64,000 bases of DNA, taken from assembly GCA_051313645.2 (NCBI GenBank), contig JBNRSN020000021.1, forward strand, positions 15,500,001-15,564,000, in the 5' to 3' direction. How positions within the stretch are numbered: the first letter of the stretch is position 1; each line of letters opens with the position of its first letter. This stretch comes from Centroscyllium fabricii. Taxonomy: Eukaryota. The notes beneath the pieces were generated by a model, which made no database searches, was not told the DNA's origin, and saw only the letters and a list, made by a program, of their open reading frames with translations. Shown piece after piece: positions 34,817 to 46,730 of the stretch. The translations under genes were made by a program, and so were the position numbers.

Positions 34817-35085
34817 CAGAAATAACAACAGAAAATGATGGAAAAACTCAGCAGGCCCGGCAGCATCCGTGGAGAGAAATATAGAGTCGACGTTTTGGGT
34901 TGGGACCCTTTATCAAAACTGAAGCTAGGGAATGAAACAAGCAGGAGAGGGGGGGGAGGGGGGAGGTGGGAGGGAACAAAGAGGAGACAGCACAAAGAGG
35001 AAAGACTTTGAGAGGTATTCAAAATGAGACGAGATGCTGTGGACAGGAGACAGCTGTTGATTAGGTGTGAAAAACTTTGGCAGAA
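34817..35085 (-). mobile_element. Penelope-like 3' end with a degenerate hammerhead
   Basis: Minus strand reads AGUU-UUGAUAA-AGGGUCCCAACCC-AAAACGUC-GACU, then GATGCTGCCGGGCCTGCTGAGTTTTTCCA..ATTTTCTGTT, as at 45634-45734. Confidence 0.65.
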
Positions 35086-35409
35086 CGGGAGGCGGCTGCC
35101 ACGATAAAGAAAAGAAAGGCCAATCGTATTTATTTTTCAGCCCTAGTTGCCCGGAGAAGGTAGTGGTGTTGGGCCTTCACAGCAACGTGCACAGTGCCTG
35201 CTTTGCTAGTAAAGGCTGGAGAATTCCTGTGGTGATCGGTGCAGTGTGTTTGTAAAGAGCATGTGTATGATTCAGCTACACGTATTGCATGGAGAAAAAT
35301 ACTTAGCCATAGTTTTTAGTAAGTACAAATGGGCGAGACCGTTTCCCCATCAAAGTCTATCCTCCCATTCAGATATATGGTTCCCCTTCCCAATCCATCA
35401 AAACATCAA

Positions 35410-36184
35410 CAGGCTGAGCACCGTTAATCCGGCACCCTCGGGACCAGGCCAGTGCCGGACCACTGAAAATCCCGAACCACTGAAGGTTCGGGGGGAATCG
35501 CATGGTAGAACACTCCCCGGGGCGTAGAGCTCGCGGTAGAACACTCCCCGGGGCGTGGAGCACATGGTAGAACACTCCCTGGGGCGTGGAGCTCGCGGTA
35601 GAACACTCCCCGGGGCATGGAGCACGTGGTAGTACACTCCCCGGGGTGTGGAGCACGCGGTAGAACACTCCCCGGAGCCCAGAGCACGCGGTAGAACACT
35701 CCCCAGGGCCCGGAGCGTGTGGTAGAACACTCCCCGGAGCCCAGAGCACACGTTAGAACACTCCCCAGGACCCGGAGCGCATGGTAGAACACTCCCCAGG
35801 GCCCGGAGCGCGCGGTAGAACACTCCCCAGGGCCCGGAGCACGTGGTAGAACACTCCCCAGGGCCCAGAGCACGCGGTAGAACACTCCCCGGGGCCCAGA
35901 GCACACGGTAGAACACTCCCCGGAGCACGCAGTAGAACACACCCTGGGGCCCGGAGCGTGCGGGCAGGACACTCCCCGGGAGGGGGCCTGGAGATAGAAC
36001 ACTTAGAAAACCTAAAAAAACAGAAACCCAAACGCCCGACGCCTTCGGAGCTCGCTCACCCTTCCCGGGAAACGGTGGCGCCGCCAAGCGGCGGCTACGC
36101 AAAATGAAGAGCGCCGGTTTCCAATCGTGCCGGACCACTGAAGCTGTCGGAGCATCAGGTGCCGGATTACCGGTGCTCAACCTG
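35410..36184. mobile_element. pogo/Tigger-like MITE containing a 31-bp minisatellite
   Basis: TIRs CAGGCTGAGCACCGTTAATCCGGCACC / GGTGCCGGATTACCGGTGCTCAACCTG. Confidence 0.8.
35500..35985. repeat. 31-bp minisatellite, about 15 copies (GGTAGAACACTCCCCGGGGCCCGGAGCACGC)
   Basis: GGTAGAA recurs at 35504, 35535, 35566 and onward. Confidence 0.95.
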
Positions 36185-36419
36185 AAGTAATTCTAGAGTT
36201 TATACCCCAGGTTTCCTACCCGGAAGATCATTTCAGATCTTAATCACCCTTTGTGTGAAGACATGCTTCCCGATATCAGACCTGAGAATGCTCTCTGCCA
36301 GTTTATATCTTGCTCTGCAATTGTGATTTAAATGAATGTTTTGCTCCTGATATACTTTTTCTATTGTGATTTGTATCTGAAACTCGTCTGTAACGTTGCC
36401 CCTCATTCACTTCCTTTGC

Positions 36420-36742
36420 TACAACAACAACTGATATTTATACGGCATTTTTAACATCGTAAAACATCCCAAGGTGCTGCACAGGAGCGATTATCAAAAT
36501 TAATTTGATGCTGAGCCACGAAAGGAGATATCAGGACAGGTGACCAAATGCTTGGTCAAAGAAGTCGGCATTAAGGAGCATCTTAAAGGAGGAAAGAGAG
36601 TTGGAGCGCTGCAGAGAGGGAATTCCAGAGCTTAGCGCCTTGGGAGCTGAAGGCACGGGCGCCAATGGTGGAGCGATTAAAATCGGGGATGCGCAAGAGG
36701 TCAGAATTGGAGGAGCGCAGAGACCTCGGAGGGTTGTAGGGC
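36420..36742 (-). mobile_element. L2-type LINE 3' end
   Basis: Peptide YNPPRSLRSSNS.LLRIP....STIG.RAFS....KLWNSL with a (TTG)n tail resembling the Deu-SINE tail. Confidence 0.75.
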
Positions 36743-36745
36743 AGA

Positions 36746-37060
36746 AGATCATCCAAACCCAGCACCCCGTCCCCGCCCCGTCCCATCATCCCTATCGAGC
36801 CTGCACCGACACATATCCCACCCTATCCCCGTAACCCCACATATTCAAACCCCCCAACACTAAGGGTCAATTTATCATGGCCAATCAACCTAACCCGCAC
36901 ATCTTTGGACTGTGGGAGGAAACCGGAGCACCCGGAGGAAACCCAAGCAGACACGGGGAGAATGTGCAAACTCCACACAGATAGTACCCGAGGCTGGATT
37001 TGAACCCGGGTCTTTAGTGCTGTAAGGCAACAGTGCTAACCACTATGCCACCGTGCCGCC
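36746..37060 (-). mobile_element. HE1-like V-SINE lacking its 3' tail
   Basis: Head and V-domain present; ends at GATCATCCAAACCC. Confidence 0.85.
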
Positions 37061-37371
37061 TGGAACCTCTCCGCGTGGAGTTTGCATGTTCTCCCCGTGT
37101 TCGTGTGGGTTTCCCCCGGGTACTTCGGTTTCCTCCCACCACCCAAAGACATGCAGGTTAGGTGAATTGGAGATACTAAAAAAAAAATTGCCCATGAGTA
37201 TGTGTGTGAGATATAGTTCTTCGAGTTGGGGGTGTCGGGGGATATGGGGAGAGGGTAGGAGGGGGGTGCTGGGTTTGGATGATCAGCCATGATCTCATCA
37301 AAAATGGCGGAGCAGGCTCGAAGGGCCGAATGGCCTACTCCTGCTCCTATCTTCTGTGTTTCTGTGTTTCT
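37061..37371 (+). mobile_element. Second V-SINE subfamily, headless copy
   Basis: V-domain variant GCGTGGAGTTTGCATGTTCTCCCCGTGTTCG, body identical in type to 49817-50180, (TTTCTGTG)n tail. Confidence 0.8.
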
Positions 37372-37802
37372 TCACAACTCAGTCGAGTCAAAAACTAATA
37401 ATTGCATCCTCTTTCTATGAAAAGGTGAAATATTTCACTCACACTTTACCTTAGTGGTGCCATCCCTTTGAGAGAAGTCACTTAAAATGTGCTATAGTAC
37501 AAAAATAAATCTACGGCAGAACTTTGGTCATTTGCACAAATGAGGCACAAATTTAAGATTATCACAAAAACAATTGAAGGGATGTTTAATGGAAAAAAAT
37601 GTCTTTTCAGTGAGGCTGGTTAGAATTTGGAATTCTCTACCACAGCAGAGTTCATCAATTCTATTGAAAAAAACTTAAATATTTGATGGAAAAAAAGCAA
37701 CCTTACATGGAGAATGGCCAAAAGAGTAGGATTGGCTAATGCGGAGAAATATATATGTGGAGAATTAATCTTCCAAATGTCTTGTTTCTCTGCAGTAACA
37801 AT

Positions 37803-38525
37803 GGGGGAAAAATTGGTTTGGGGCGCTAACCTCGGCCTTTTAACACCCCCAAAAATTTAGCGCCGTGCCACCATAAATTGGATTTTAGCGCCCCAGGAAG
37901 GAGGTGAGGCGCTACTACAAGCACCCCACCTCGTTCCTTGGGTGCAACAACTCAATTTCGGCCGCTGTGGGTCGCTGCGCCACGCTCTGCATCACACCGC
38001 GCCGCGGTACTGCAGGCCTTCCTCCCCTTCTTAAAGGGGAGTGGCCTAGCGCGGCGCGGCCCGGAGCCCCGCTGGACCGCAGTGCCACCAAAGGAGCCCA
38101 GCACTCGAGGGAAGTACCGGGCTCACAGAGCACAGCCTGCACTCCGCGGGGGCGCATCGGGGAAGGCAAAGGGGGCAGGTGCTGGCAATCGGCCAGCAAG
38201 AAAAATGGCCACCCGGTACACCCCCCCCTTTAAATAGCGCTGGCCCGGCTGTAACTGCGTCCCCCTCACCCTGTCAGTGACAGTGTCTGGCGCTACGTCA
38301 AGGGTCGTGACTGAAGTTCGTGGCCGGGGCGCGAGCGAGGCGCTGTGCACGGCGATGACATTGTCGCCGGCGGCGCAGTGCCACAGGGCACTACCGGCTA
38401 CCGCCACTGCCAGCGCCCCGCTGAATATAACAGGAGGCGCCAGCCCAGGCGCTAGGTGCCTTGCACCCCATTAGCAGCCCTCTTAGGAGGCTAACGGCTG
38501 GCGCACGCCACCCAATGTTTCCCCC
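37803..38525. mobile_element. GC-rich non-autonomous DNA transposon (PIF/Harbinger-like)
   Basis: Termini GGGGGAAAAATTGG / CCAATGTTTCCCCC with AAT/ATT flanks; inverted homologue of 50206-50971. Confidence 0.7.
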
Positions 38526-38688
38526 ATTTTGTTCTTTTGATGGGGGCCACCCAATAGAACTAAAGATGCTTACAGCACAAAATGAGGCCATTCAGACGGT
38601 CATGACAGTGCTGGCTCTTTAGCAGGGTAATCCAAACGAATCTCCACTTTTTAGCCGTGGCCTTGTATCATACTTTCCTCTCACTCTC

Positions 38689-38955
38689 TGATACCTTATC
38701 AATAACCTCGGAGACGAGAAGTTACGTGGTGAATAAAAGGCTTTTATTCGCTAAAGCTTGGGCATGCCCCAGCTAGTCGACTGCTCCCGGAATGATCGGG
38801 GGGAGGGAGACAGTCACCTTTATACCTGTCCTGGGAGGAGGAGTCACAGGCGGAGTCAGCCCGGGCATGCCCAGACAAGCAGTACACAGAGAACTATATA
38901 CACAATACTACAGGCCATGGATATGATACAGATATATACAAAGTGGTTTACCACA
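38689..38955 (-). mobile_element. Solo LTR (TGTGGTAAAC...TATCA)
   Basis: Perfect 5-bp TSD CTCTC at 38684-38688 and 38956-38960; homologous to the LTR at 16412-16672. Confidence 0.9.
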
Positions 38956-39068
38956 CTCTCTTAATGACAATTTTAAATTGACAGTCCCTCATCACCATCT
39001 CCCCAACCAGTCAAAATGGCTTTTGTCCTATTCACCCTGGAAAAACCCAACATAATTGGAAAAAACTC

Positions 39069-39212
39069 ACGCCTGAAATTTCATCGGAGCTGCTCCTGCT
39101 CCATTGGTAGTGCGGTGGGAACTCCCCTTTACGGGTGTAAATAGGGTTTTCTCCACACTTCTGGCAACGATATGGCTGAGCAGTGGGAGCAGCTCTAAAG
39201 AAATTCCGGGCC
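39069..39212. mobile_element. Small palindromic MITE
   Basis: Imperfect inverted arms GCCTGAAATTTC..GAGCTGCTCC / GGAGCAGCTC..GAAATTCCGGGC. Confidence 0.5.
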
Positions 39213-39493
39213 TAAATTAAATGTCCTCTCCGCCTTCTCTGCTCCAATGAAAATAGTCCCAGTATCTTACGTTTCTCCTCATAACTAGAGTTTTGTGTCC
39301 TTGATCATATCCCGGGTTTCTTTTGGTTACGTTCATTAATGCTTAGACATATTTATTATGAACAGCTAGCTTTAAACTAGTCATATATTTACAGCACAAT
39401 TCAACTCAATTCACAGCCATGTAAACTGGCATCCATCTTAAAACAAGAAGTCCCTAAGTAGAGATAAGCAAGAGAAGCTCTGTAGCTGTAGAT

Positions 39494-40043
39494 CAGGGGT
39501 CCCCAACCTTTTTGGGACTGCGGCCCATTTTGGCCTTGTCAATTTTTTCGCGGACCGGGGGGGGGGAGCGTGCTGGCGGAGTTTTTATGATTGACCGGGT
39601 GCGGTGGGGGCTGGCGGAGTTTTTTTCACTGACCGGGGGGGGGGGTGCTAGCGGAGTTTTTTTCACTGACCGGGGGGGGTGCTGGCGGAGTTTTTTTTCA
39701 CTGACCGAGGGGGGGCGGTGCTGGTGGAGTTTTCACTGACCGGGGGCGGGGTGTCTTCCGTCTGTGCTTTCTCTCTGCTCCCCCCACAGAGTTCCTGACC
39801 TCTCCCGTGCGATCCTCTCTTCCACCTCCCGGTCAGCACGGATCCACTGACGGAACTTCTCCTACGAAGCTGAAGGAAAGCATAGCCCACACTGCAGGCC
39901 GCTGCTGTGCAGGCGCCGATGGGGAAACGGGTGCGCGGCTCCGATATACCGCTCGCGTGATCTGCGCATGCACCGAGGTTCAGCCCGGTAAAAATGTCCC
40001 GCGGACCGGCACCGGGTCGCGGACCGGCGGTTGGGGACCGCTG
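39494..40043. mobile_element. Non-autonomous hAT (Charlie-like) transposon
   Basis: TIR CAGGGGTCCCCAACC / GGTTGGGGACCGCTG; perfect 8-bp TSD CTGTAGAT; about 5 internal G-rich repeats. Confidence 0.9.
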
Positions 40044-40429
40044 CTGTAGATGACTATTTCACATGCAGCTACATATTGTGGACAATTCTAGAATGACATG
40101 CTTTCACATATCACTGCACTTTTCAGTGGAGAAACTAGCGGTTATCAGGTAACCTCCCTCTTTGTACAATCATAATAGAATCTGACAGCACAGAAGGAGG
40201 CCATTTGGCCCATCGTGCCTCTCCCGGCTCTTTGACAGAACTCTCCAATTGGTCCCACTCCCCTGCTCTTTCCCCATAGCCCGGCAAACCTTCCATCCTC
40301 CGGTGTCTTTATCTTCTTAATGCACGTATGCCGTGCACTCAGCAGCCTCTTGTAACCTGCGGATGGAGCGCATCCTCTCGCCTATTAATCATTTTAAACT
40401 GCCGTGCATGTACATTAAAGAAGAATTGT

Positions 40430-40686
40430 TCCTATCTCTCAGAGAGTGGTGGGCCTGTGGAATTCCTTGCCACAGAGGGCGGTGGAGGCCAGTTCATTAA
40501 ACATATTCAAGAGGGAATTGGATATATTTCTTCAAGCTAAAGGGATTAAAGGTTACGGAGGAAAGGCGGGGACGGGGTACTAGCTTGCTAAAGATCAGCC
40601 ATGATCTCGTTGAATGGCGGAGCAGGCTCGAAGGGCTGAATGGCCTACTCCTGCTCCTATATTCTATGATTCTATGATTCTATGAT
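40430..40686 (+). mobile_element. CR1 LINE 3' end
   Basis: Encodes QRVVGLWNSLPQRAVEA, followed by a HER1-type tail and (ATTCTATG)n. Confidence 0.8.
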
Positions 40687-41296
40687 CCCTTTAACGTTGC
40701 TTGCAGATGCCATCCTCTCTTAGGCTACACTGCGTACTTCAGTAAATCTGAATGCATCGGAGTGCCAATGCCGCAGGTGAAGCTAACAGTATTTATTGCG
40801 CTGGGTCAGGAGGCCGTAAATCTGATGGCAGATTTTTTTAGACCATAGTTCATGGGTCATTGGCCCGTTCACGGTGCAGTTGATGGAGAGAGAAGGTGTC
40901 TGCTTTCAGCCGCCCTCACCCGGTCTGGCCTATATGTGACTTCAGGCCAACAGCAATGTGGTTGACTCTGAACTTCCCTCTGAAGTGGCCTAGCAAGCCA
41001 CTCAGTTGTAACAAAGCACGACAAAACATAATAAACCGGACGCACCACCTGGCATCAACCTCGGCACTGGCTACGGACACAACAACAGCACACCCAGCCC
41101 ACGACCCTGCTTCTTTGGCAGCATCTCCCAAACCCGCGACCTCTTCCACGTACAGCAGCAGGCGCATGGGAACACCACCAACTTCACGTTCTCCTCCAAG
41201 TCACGCACCATCCTGACTTAGAAGTATATCGCTGATCCTTCATCGTGGCTGGGTCAAAATTCTAGAACTCTCTCCTTAACAGCACTATGGGAGTAC

Positions 41297-41699
41297 CATA
41301 GAAACATAGAAACATAGAAACTAGGAGCAGGAGTAGGCCATTCGGCCCTTCGAGCCTGCTCCGCCATTCAATGAGATCATGGCTGATCATCCAAAGCCAG
41401 TACCCTGTCCCTGCCTTCTCCCCATATCCCTATCGAGCCTGCATCGACACATATCCCACCCTATCCCCGTAACCCCACATATTCAATCCTCCTAACACTA
41501 AGGGTCAATTTATCATGGCCAATCAACCTAACCCGCACATTTTTGGACTGTGGGAGGAAACCGGAGCACCCGGAGGAAACCCACGCAGACACGGGGAGAA
41601 TGTGCAAACTCGACACAGATAGTACCCGAGGCTGGATTAGAACCCGGGTCTCCAGTGCTGTGAGGCAACAGTGCTAACCACTGCGCCACCGTGCCGCCC
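41297..41699 (-). mobile_element. HE1-like V-SINE inserted in a CR1/L2-type LINE 3' end (about 41110-41790)
   Basis: Full head, body and tail. The host reads GGGAGTACC | ATCACCATACGAACTGCAGCGGTTCAAG across it. Confidence 0.9.
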
Positions 41700-42761
41700 A
41701 GCACCATCACCATACGAACTGCAGCGGTTCAAGAAGGAGGCTCACCACCACCTTCTCAAGGTCAATTAGGGATGGGCAATAAATGTGAAAGAATGAATGA
41801 AAGAACAATATAGGGAAACACCTTTGCACAAAGCAAGCTCCCACAAAATGAGGTAATGCTCAGATAATCTGTTTTAATGATGCTTAATGTGGAATAAATA
41901 TTGGCCAGGACACTGGGAGAACCCACAATAGTGCGATTGGAATTTTGCATCCACCCGAGAGAGCAGACGTGACATCAGCTTATCATCTCTTCTGAAAGCC
42001 AGCACCTCTGACAGTGCATCACACCTTCCACACTGCACTGCAGTGTCCGCCTGGGACATGTGCTCGAGTCTTGGGCGTGAAACTTGAACCAACAATCTCG
42101 GACTCAGTGGCGGCGGGTGCTGCCACAGAGCCCCGGCTGGCCCGTTATGCCGGCGCTTAATGTAAACATGCACCTGACAGCCGAGCTTGGCGAAACCTGT
42201 TAAACTGGCCCCGTCCTCCAAACATTCACTGCTCCCCAAATGAAAAACGACTCAAGAAACGGCAGTGGATGACAGTCACTTCCAGCAAAGCACACTCGAG
42301 GGTTAAATAATTGGCAGTCAAAGTGATTTCAAGGCTGATCATACCTCTGCCAGGAGCTGTGCCAGTATAAGCTATTTCCCTATTTCCCAAGGGAATGCAT
42401 CAATTCTGTTTTACTACCTGAAGGGGTAGGCACTGTGACACTTTCTTTCATAATGTGTTTAGAATTCACCTTTCCCTGGTTAAAGGCTTTGACTGTCAAG
42501 GCGATGAGCTGACACCGTATGCTAAATGGGAGGATTAGATCACACAAACAAAGAAACATGCATCAGCACTTGCTTACGGTTTATCAATTTCAGTTATTCG
42601 CCACGGTTTGATTTGACACAGAATTGATATATTCCAAATGGTTAAGGCCTTGATTGCTTCCAAATTTATTTTGAACTGTATGAAAAAACAAATGATGCCT
42701 ATGGGTGTGTCAAACAAACATTGGCTTTTTAACTTTTTGCAAGTTGGTGTTTTAAGAGAAG

Positions 42762-43171
42762 GATAGAAACATAGAAACATAGAAGATAGGAGCAGGAGTA
42801 GGCCATTCGGCCCTTCGATCCTGCTCCGCCATTCAATGAGATCATGGCTGATCATCCAAACCCAGCACCCTGTCCCTGCCCTCTCCCCATATCCCTCGAT
42901 CCCTATCGAGCCTGCACCGACACATATCCCACCATATCCCCGCAACCCCACACATTCAATCCCCCTAACACTAAGGGTCAATTTATCATGGCCAATCAAC
43001 CTAACCCGCACATCTTTGGACTGTGGGAGGAAACCGGAGCACCCGGAGGAAACCCACGCAGACACGGGGAGAATGTGCAAACTGCACACAGATAGTACCC
43101 GAGGCTGGATTTGAACCCAGGTCTCTAGTGCTGTAAGGCAACAGTGCTAACCACTGTGCCACCGTGCCGCC
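42762..43171 (-). mobile_element. HE1-like V-SINE
   Basis: Full-length copy. Confidence 0.9.
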
Positions 43172-43684
43172 CTAGATGTGATAACTTTGCAATCAAATTT
43201 TTTAAACTTGTCAGAATGCAGCATTATGTTAAGATGGCAGCACACTTTAATCTCCAACTCCCTCAATGACATAAGAACATAAGAAGTAGGAGCAGGAGTC
43301 GGCCATACAGCCCATCGGGCCTGCTCCGCCATTCAATAGGATCATGGCCGATCCGAACTTAGACTCGCGTCCACTTCCATCCAGCCTTGACTCTCGTTTG
43401 GCTGATCTGAGCTCCAGATGTGCCCCAGTCATGCTGGCGGGAATTTCAACCCCCAAGAATGGGTAAGTTGGGGGCGGACTGAAAGTTAAAAATTTTAAAG
43501 CTCGCAAACCCGACCCCGGCCCACCCACTTCCAGTTTTGATGGAGGCAGGACGGGTGGCGGGGGGGGGGGCGGTGGGAGGGGCAACTAACCCACCTTCAG
43601 GAAGCGGGTTGGTCGGTAAAATCTTTTAAGGAGGAGGCAGGCCTCAACTTTAACTACAATTTTATTTTCAACTAATGGAGGGAG

Positions 43685-43923
43685 TGACGTATCGTCAATT
43701 AAAATGCAAAGACGAGTAGTTACCTAAACTACAGGCTTTTATTGACTAACAATGGAGCTGGTCTCCTGATGAGATCAAGGCGAAGAATGAGCGGGGGCAG
43801 GGCAGCCCTCACCTATATGCTCTGACCTGAGGGGAGGAGTTAGGGGTGTGGCTGACCTGGCCTACAATACAATACAAGGTGAGCACATCAACTATTTACA
43901 GTGGTATTTATACGATTCCCACA
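43685..43923 (-). mobile_element. Solo LTR related to the nested element's LTR (14640-14928)
   Basis: 5-bp TSD GGGAG. The minus-strand 3' end TTGACGATACGTCA is identical to 14915-14928. Confidence 0.85.
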
Positions 43924-45001
43924 GGGAGGGTTTCCCGCGCCTGGGGAATCTGGGCAGGTAAAAGGAGGTGAGAAAGACCTTTATTGCACTGCTTGTGGGC
44001 CAGGAGGAGCAGGAATGTTTTCCCTCCGGCATGGACTGGTTGGGCCGAATGGCCTGTTTCTGTGCCATATATCCGATGTAATCCCCAGGCCCAACAAGCT
44101 GGCCTCTGTAGGGCCCCCATGAACAACCGATCACCTCCACCCCCACGATGTCCGACCCGACCCTCCCCAGTCCAACGTCCAACCGCCCCAGCCCCGCATT
44201 CGGCCAACTCCCCCACCCCCGCGTTAGGCCAAACCCCACCCCCGTAATGTCAGTCTTACCTGACATCCGCTCCCTAGCTGCTTTCTCATCCAACAGGCAG
44301 TCAGCCTGCCAATCTGGCTGGCTTGCAGGTGGGAAAGCTGTTGAAAGATTTTAAAAGACTAAATTTGGTAGGACATGCGGGAAACCATTACTCCCGGGTT
44401 TTGCATCCGAAAATCCTTCTCCCACCTCCCCCCCGCCATCCCCCGCCCACACGCTTCACGGTGCCAAGTAAATATCGAGACCGCTGTCTCGCACTGCTCC
44501 TCAACAGTGTGATAATGGAAGACAGTGGGTGTCCTTGTGCACCAGTCGCTGAAGGTAAGTATGTAGGTGCAGCAGGCGGTTAAGAAGGCAATGTTGGCCT
44601 TCAAAGTGAGAGGATTTGAGGACAGGAGCAAGGATCTCTTGCTTTGTTGTACAGGGCCTTGATGAGACCACACCTTGAGTATTGTGTGCAGTTTTGGTCA
44701 CCTTATCTGAGGAAGGATGTTCATGCCATGGAGGGAGTGCAGCGAAGATTCACCAGACTGCTACCTGGGATGGCAGGAATCACGTATGAAGAGAGATTGG
44801 GTCGATTGGGTTTGTAATCGCTAGAGTTTAGAAGAATGAGAGGGGATCTCATTGAAACTTATAAAATTCTAACAGGACTAAACAGACTAGATGCAGGAAC
44901 GATGTTCCCAATGGCAGGGGAGTCCAGAACCAGGGGTCACAGTCTAAGGATAAGGGGTAAGCCATTTAGGACAGAGATGAGGAGGAAATTCTTCACCCAG
45001 A

Positions 45002-45989
45002 GGGGGAAAAATTCAGTTGTTTGCACCTCCCATGAGAGGGCGCTAATGGGGCACAAGGCAACTAGCACCTGGGCGCGGCGATGTTTGTGCCACTCGTGAA
45101 ATTAACTAGACATTTTGCGGTGGCTCTAAACACTACTGCCACGATCTCGTGCGCTGGCAGATGGTGATGTCATTCGAGTGCTCAATGCTCCGGTAGTGCC
45201 CCGGACCGGATATTGAGTGGCGCCCCCGCCTTACCGTCTGCTGCTAACAATAATAGGTTGAGGGGAGCGTTTTGCAGTCAGAAAGGGACTGGGGGAGCGC
45301 TATTTAAACGTGACTGCTTCCTGCCATTTTTTGTTGTTGACATTTTTGCACCACGCATTCTGAGAGAGAGAGAGAGAGAGACTTCTGGAGAGATTCAACA
45401 CTGTGTGAAGGAGTTTTGGGTACGGAGCAGCACTTTGCAGGTTCATTTTGATTTGCCAGCCCTTGTATCAATTTAGAAGAGACTATGGGGGCTGCACTCT
45501 CAGCTCTTTCCCTGGGTCTCTCCATTGTTCTTCCCAGCAGATTTGATGTACCTGTCTCTCTCTCCAGGCCGAGATTCAAGGCTACAATGAGCAGGATGCG
45601 GATGGAGAGCAAGATCAACCCTCCCCTTTAAGATAAAAACAGAAAATGCTGGAGAAACTCAGCAGGTCAAGCAGCATCTGTGAAGAGAGAAACAGAGTTA
45701 ACGTTTGAGGTGGATGACCATTCGTCAGAACTCTCCTTTAAGAATGGTGTGTCTGTGTTCCATTGCTGACTGACATCACATGAGCTTCGCCAGCGCTCTG
45801 AGGTAACGCCTCCCTCGTCGGCTTTTGCACCTTAACAGAGGTGTGAAGCGCCTGATTTAGCGCTCCAATCACCTCCAGGGGCGATAAAAGCCAAGCTTGC
45901 AGTTGGAGGTGATAATTAGCAACAGGCGCTAAACTTTGCGCACGGCCGATTATGGCGCCCCATACGGGGCGATACCGAATTTTTCACCC
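45002..45989. mobile_element. Non-autonomous DNA transposon (PIF/Harbinger-like)
   Basis: TIR GGGGGAAAAATTC / GAATTTTTCACCC, 3-bp TSD AGA. Ends resemble 37803 and 50206. Confidence 0.7.
45634..45734 (-). mobile_element. Penelope-like 3' terminus with a hammerhead motif (G12 mutated)
   Basis: Minus strand reads AGAGUU-CUGACGA-AUGGUCAUCCACCU-CAAACGUU-AACUCU. Direct repeat CCTTTAAGA flanks it at 45625-45633 and 45735-45743. Confidence 0.7.
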
Positions 45990-46018
45990 AGACAGTGGTG
46001 AACCTGTGGAATTCTCTA

Positions 46019-46730
46019 AGTTTAACTTTAAGTTTAAGTTTACGTTATTTGTCACGTACATCATTATAAATGTACAAAGTGCAGTGAAATGTGTTACCGA
46101 ATTAACGACCTCGGAGACGAGATATAACGAGGTGAAACAATGGGCTTTTATTAGCTAAAAGGTAGGCATGCACCAGCTAGTCGACCGTTCCCAGAATGGC
46201 TGGGGGAAGGGAGACGGTCGCTTATGTACCTGGTCCTGGGAAGGAGGAGTCACAGGCGGGGCCAGCATGGGCATGCCCAGGTAGCAATATACAGAGAACT
46301 ATGTACAATATTACAGGCCGTTGGTTACACACATATATATATACAAAGTGGTTTACCACAAAATGCTTAGTCGCAAGCTCCACGTCTGTCCTCTCCGGAT
46401 AACAATAAATACAAATAATAAATTAACAATTATAAGAAGCAAGGCATTCAATCATCAGTATGCTGGCCCTTGGCAACCCTTGGCAGCGTCTTCATTTAGG
46501 ATCCGGATGGCTTGGGGGTAAAAGCTCCTCCTAAGCCTCTCTGTGTTTGTCTTAATGCTGCGGTAGCGTTTTCCTGACCGCAGCAGTGAGAAGAGGCCGT
46601 TGTTCGGGTGACTAGGATCCTTAATGACCTTCTTAGCCTTAGTCACGCACCGCCTGGTGTAGATATCCTGCAGGTTAGGGAGTGCACCCCCGGTGGTACG
46701 TTCTGCCGACCGTACTGCCCTCTGCAGGGC
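46019..46730 (-). mobile_element. Rex1/Babar-like LINE 3' end, split by a solo LTR
   Basis: RALQRAVRSAERTTG..LP.LQDIY..RC..KA.K.IKDPSHP...LFSLL.SGKRYRSI.T.T.RLR.SFYPQAIR.LN; (AAACTT)n tail. Confidence 0.85.
46092..46360 (-). mobile_element. Solo LTR (TGTGGTAAAC...TAACA)
   Basis: Perfect 5-bp TSD AAATG; homologous to 38689-38955. Confidence 0.9.

Noticed and set aside
35500-35985. CRISPR-like array
   Set aside because: The units are contiguous with no unique spacers, there are no cas genes, and the context is eukaryotic. It is a minisatellite.
30885-40790. Further AG...GT-bounded open segments (about 30885-30952 and 40707-40776)
   Set aside because: Short, with weak donors and unrecognised peptides; indistinguishable from chance.
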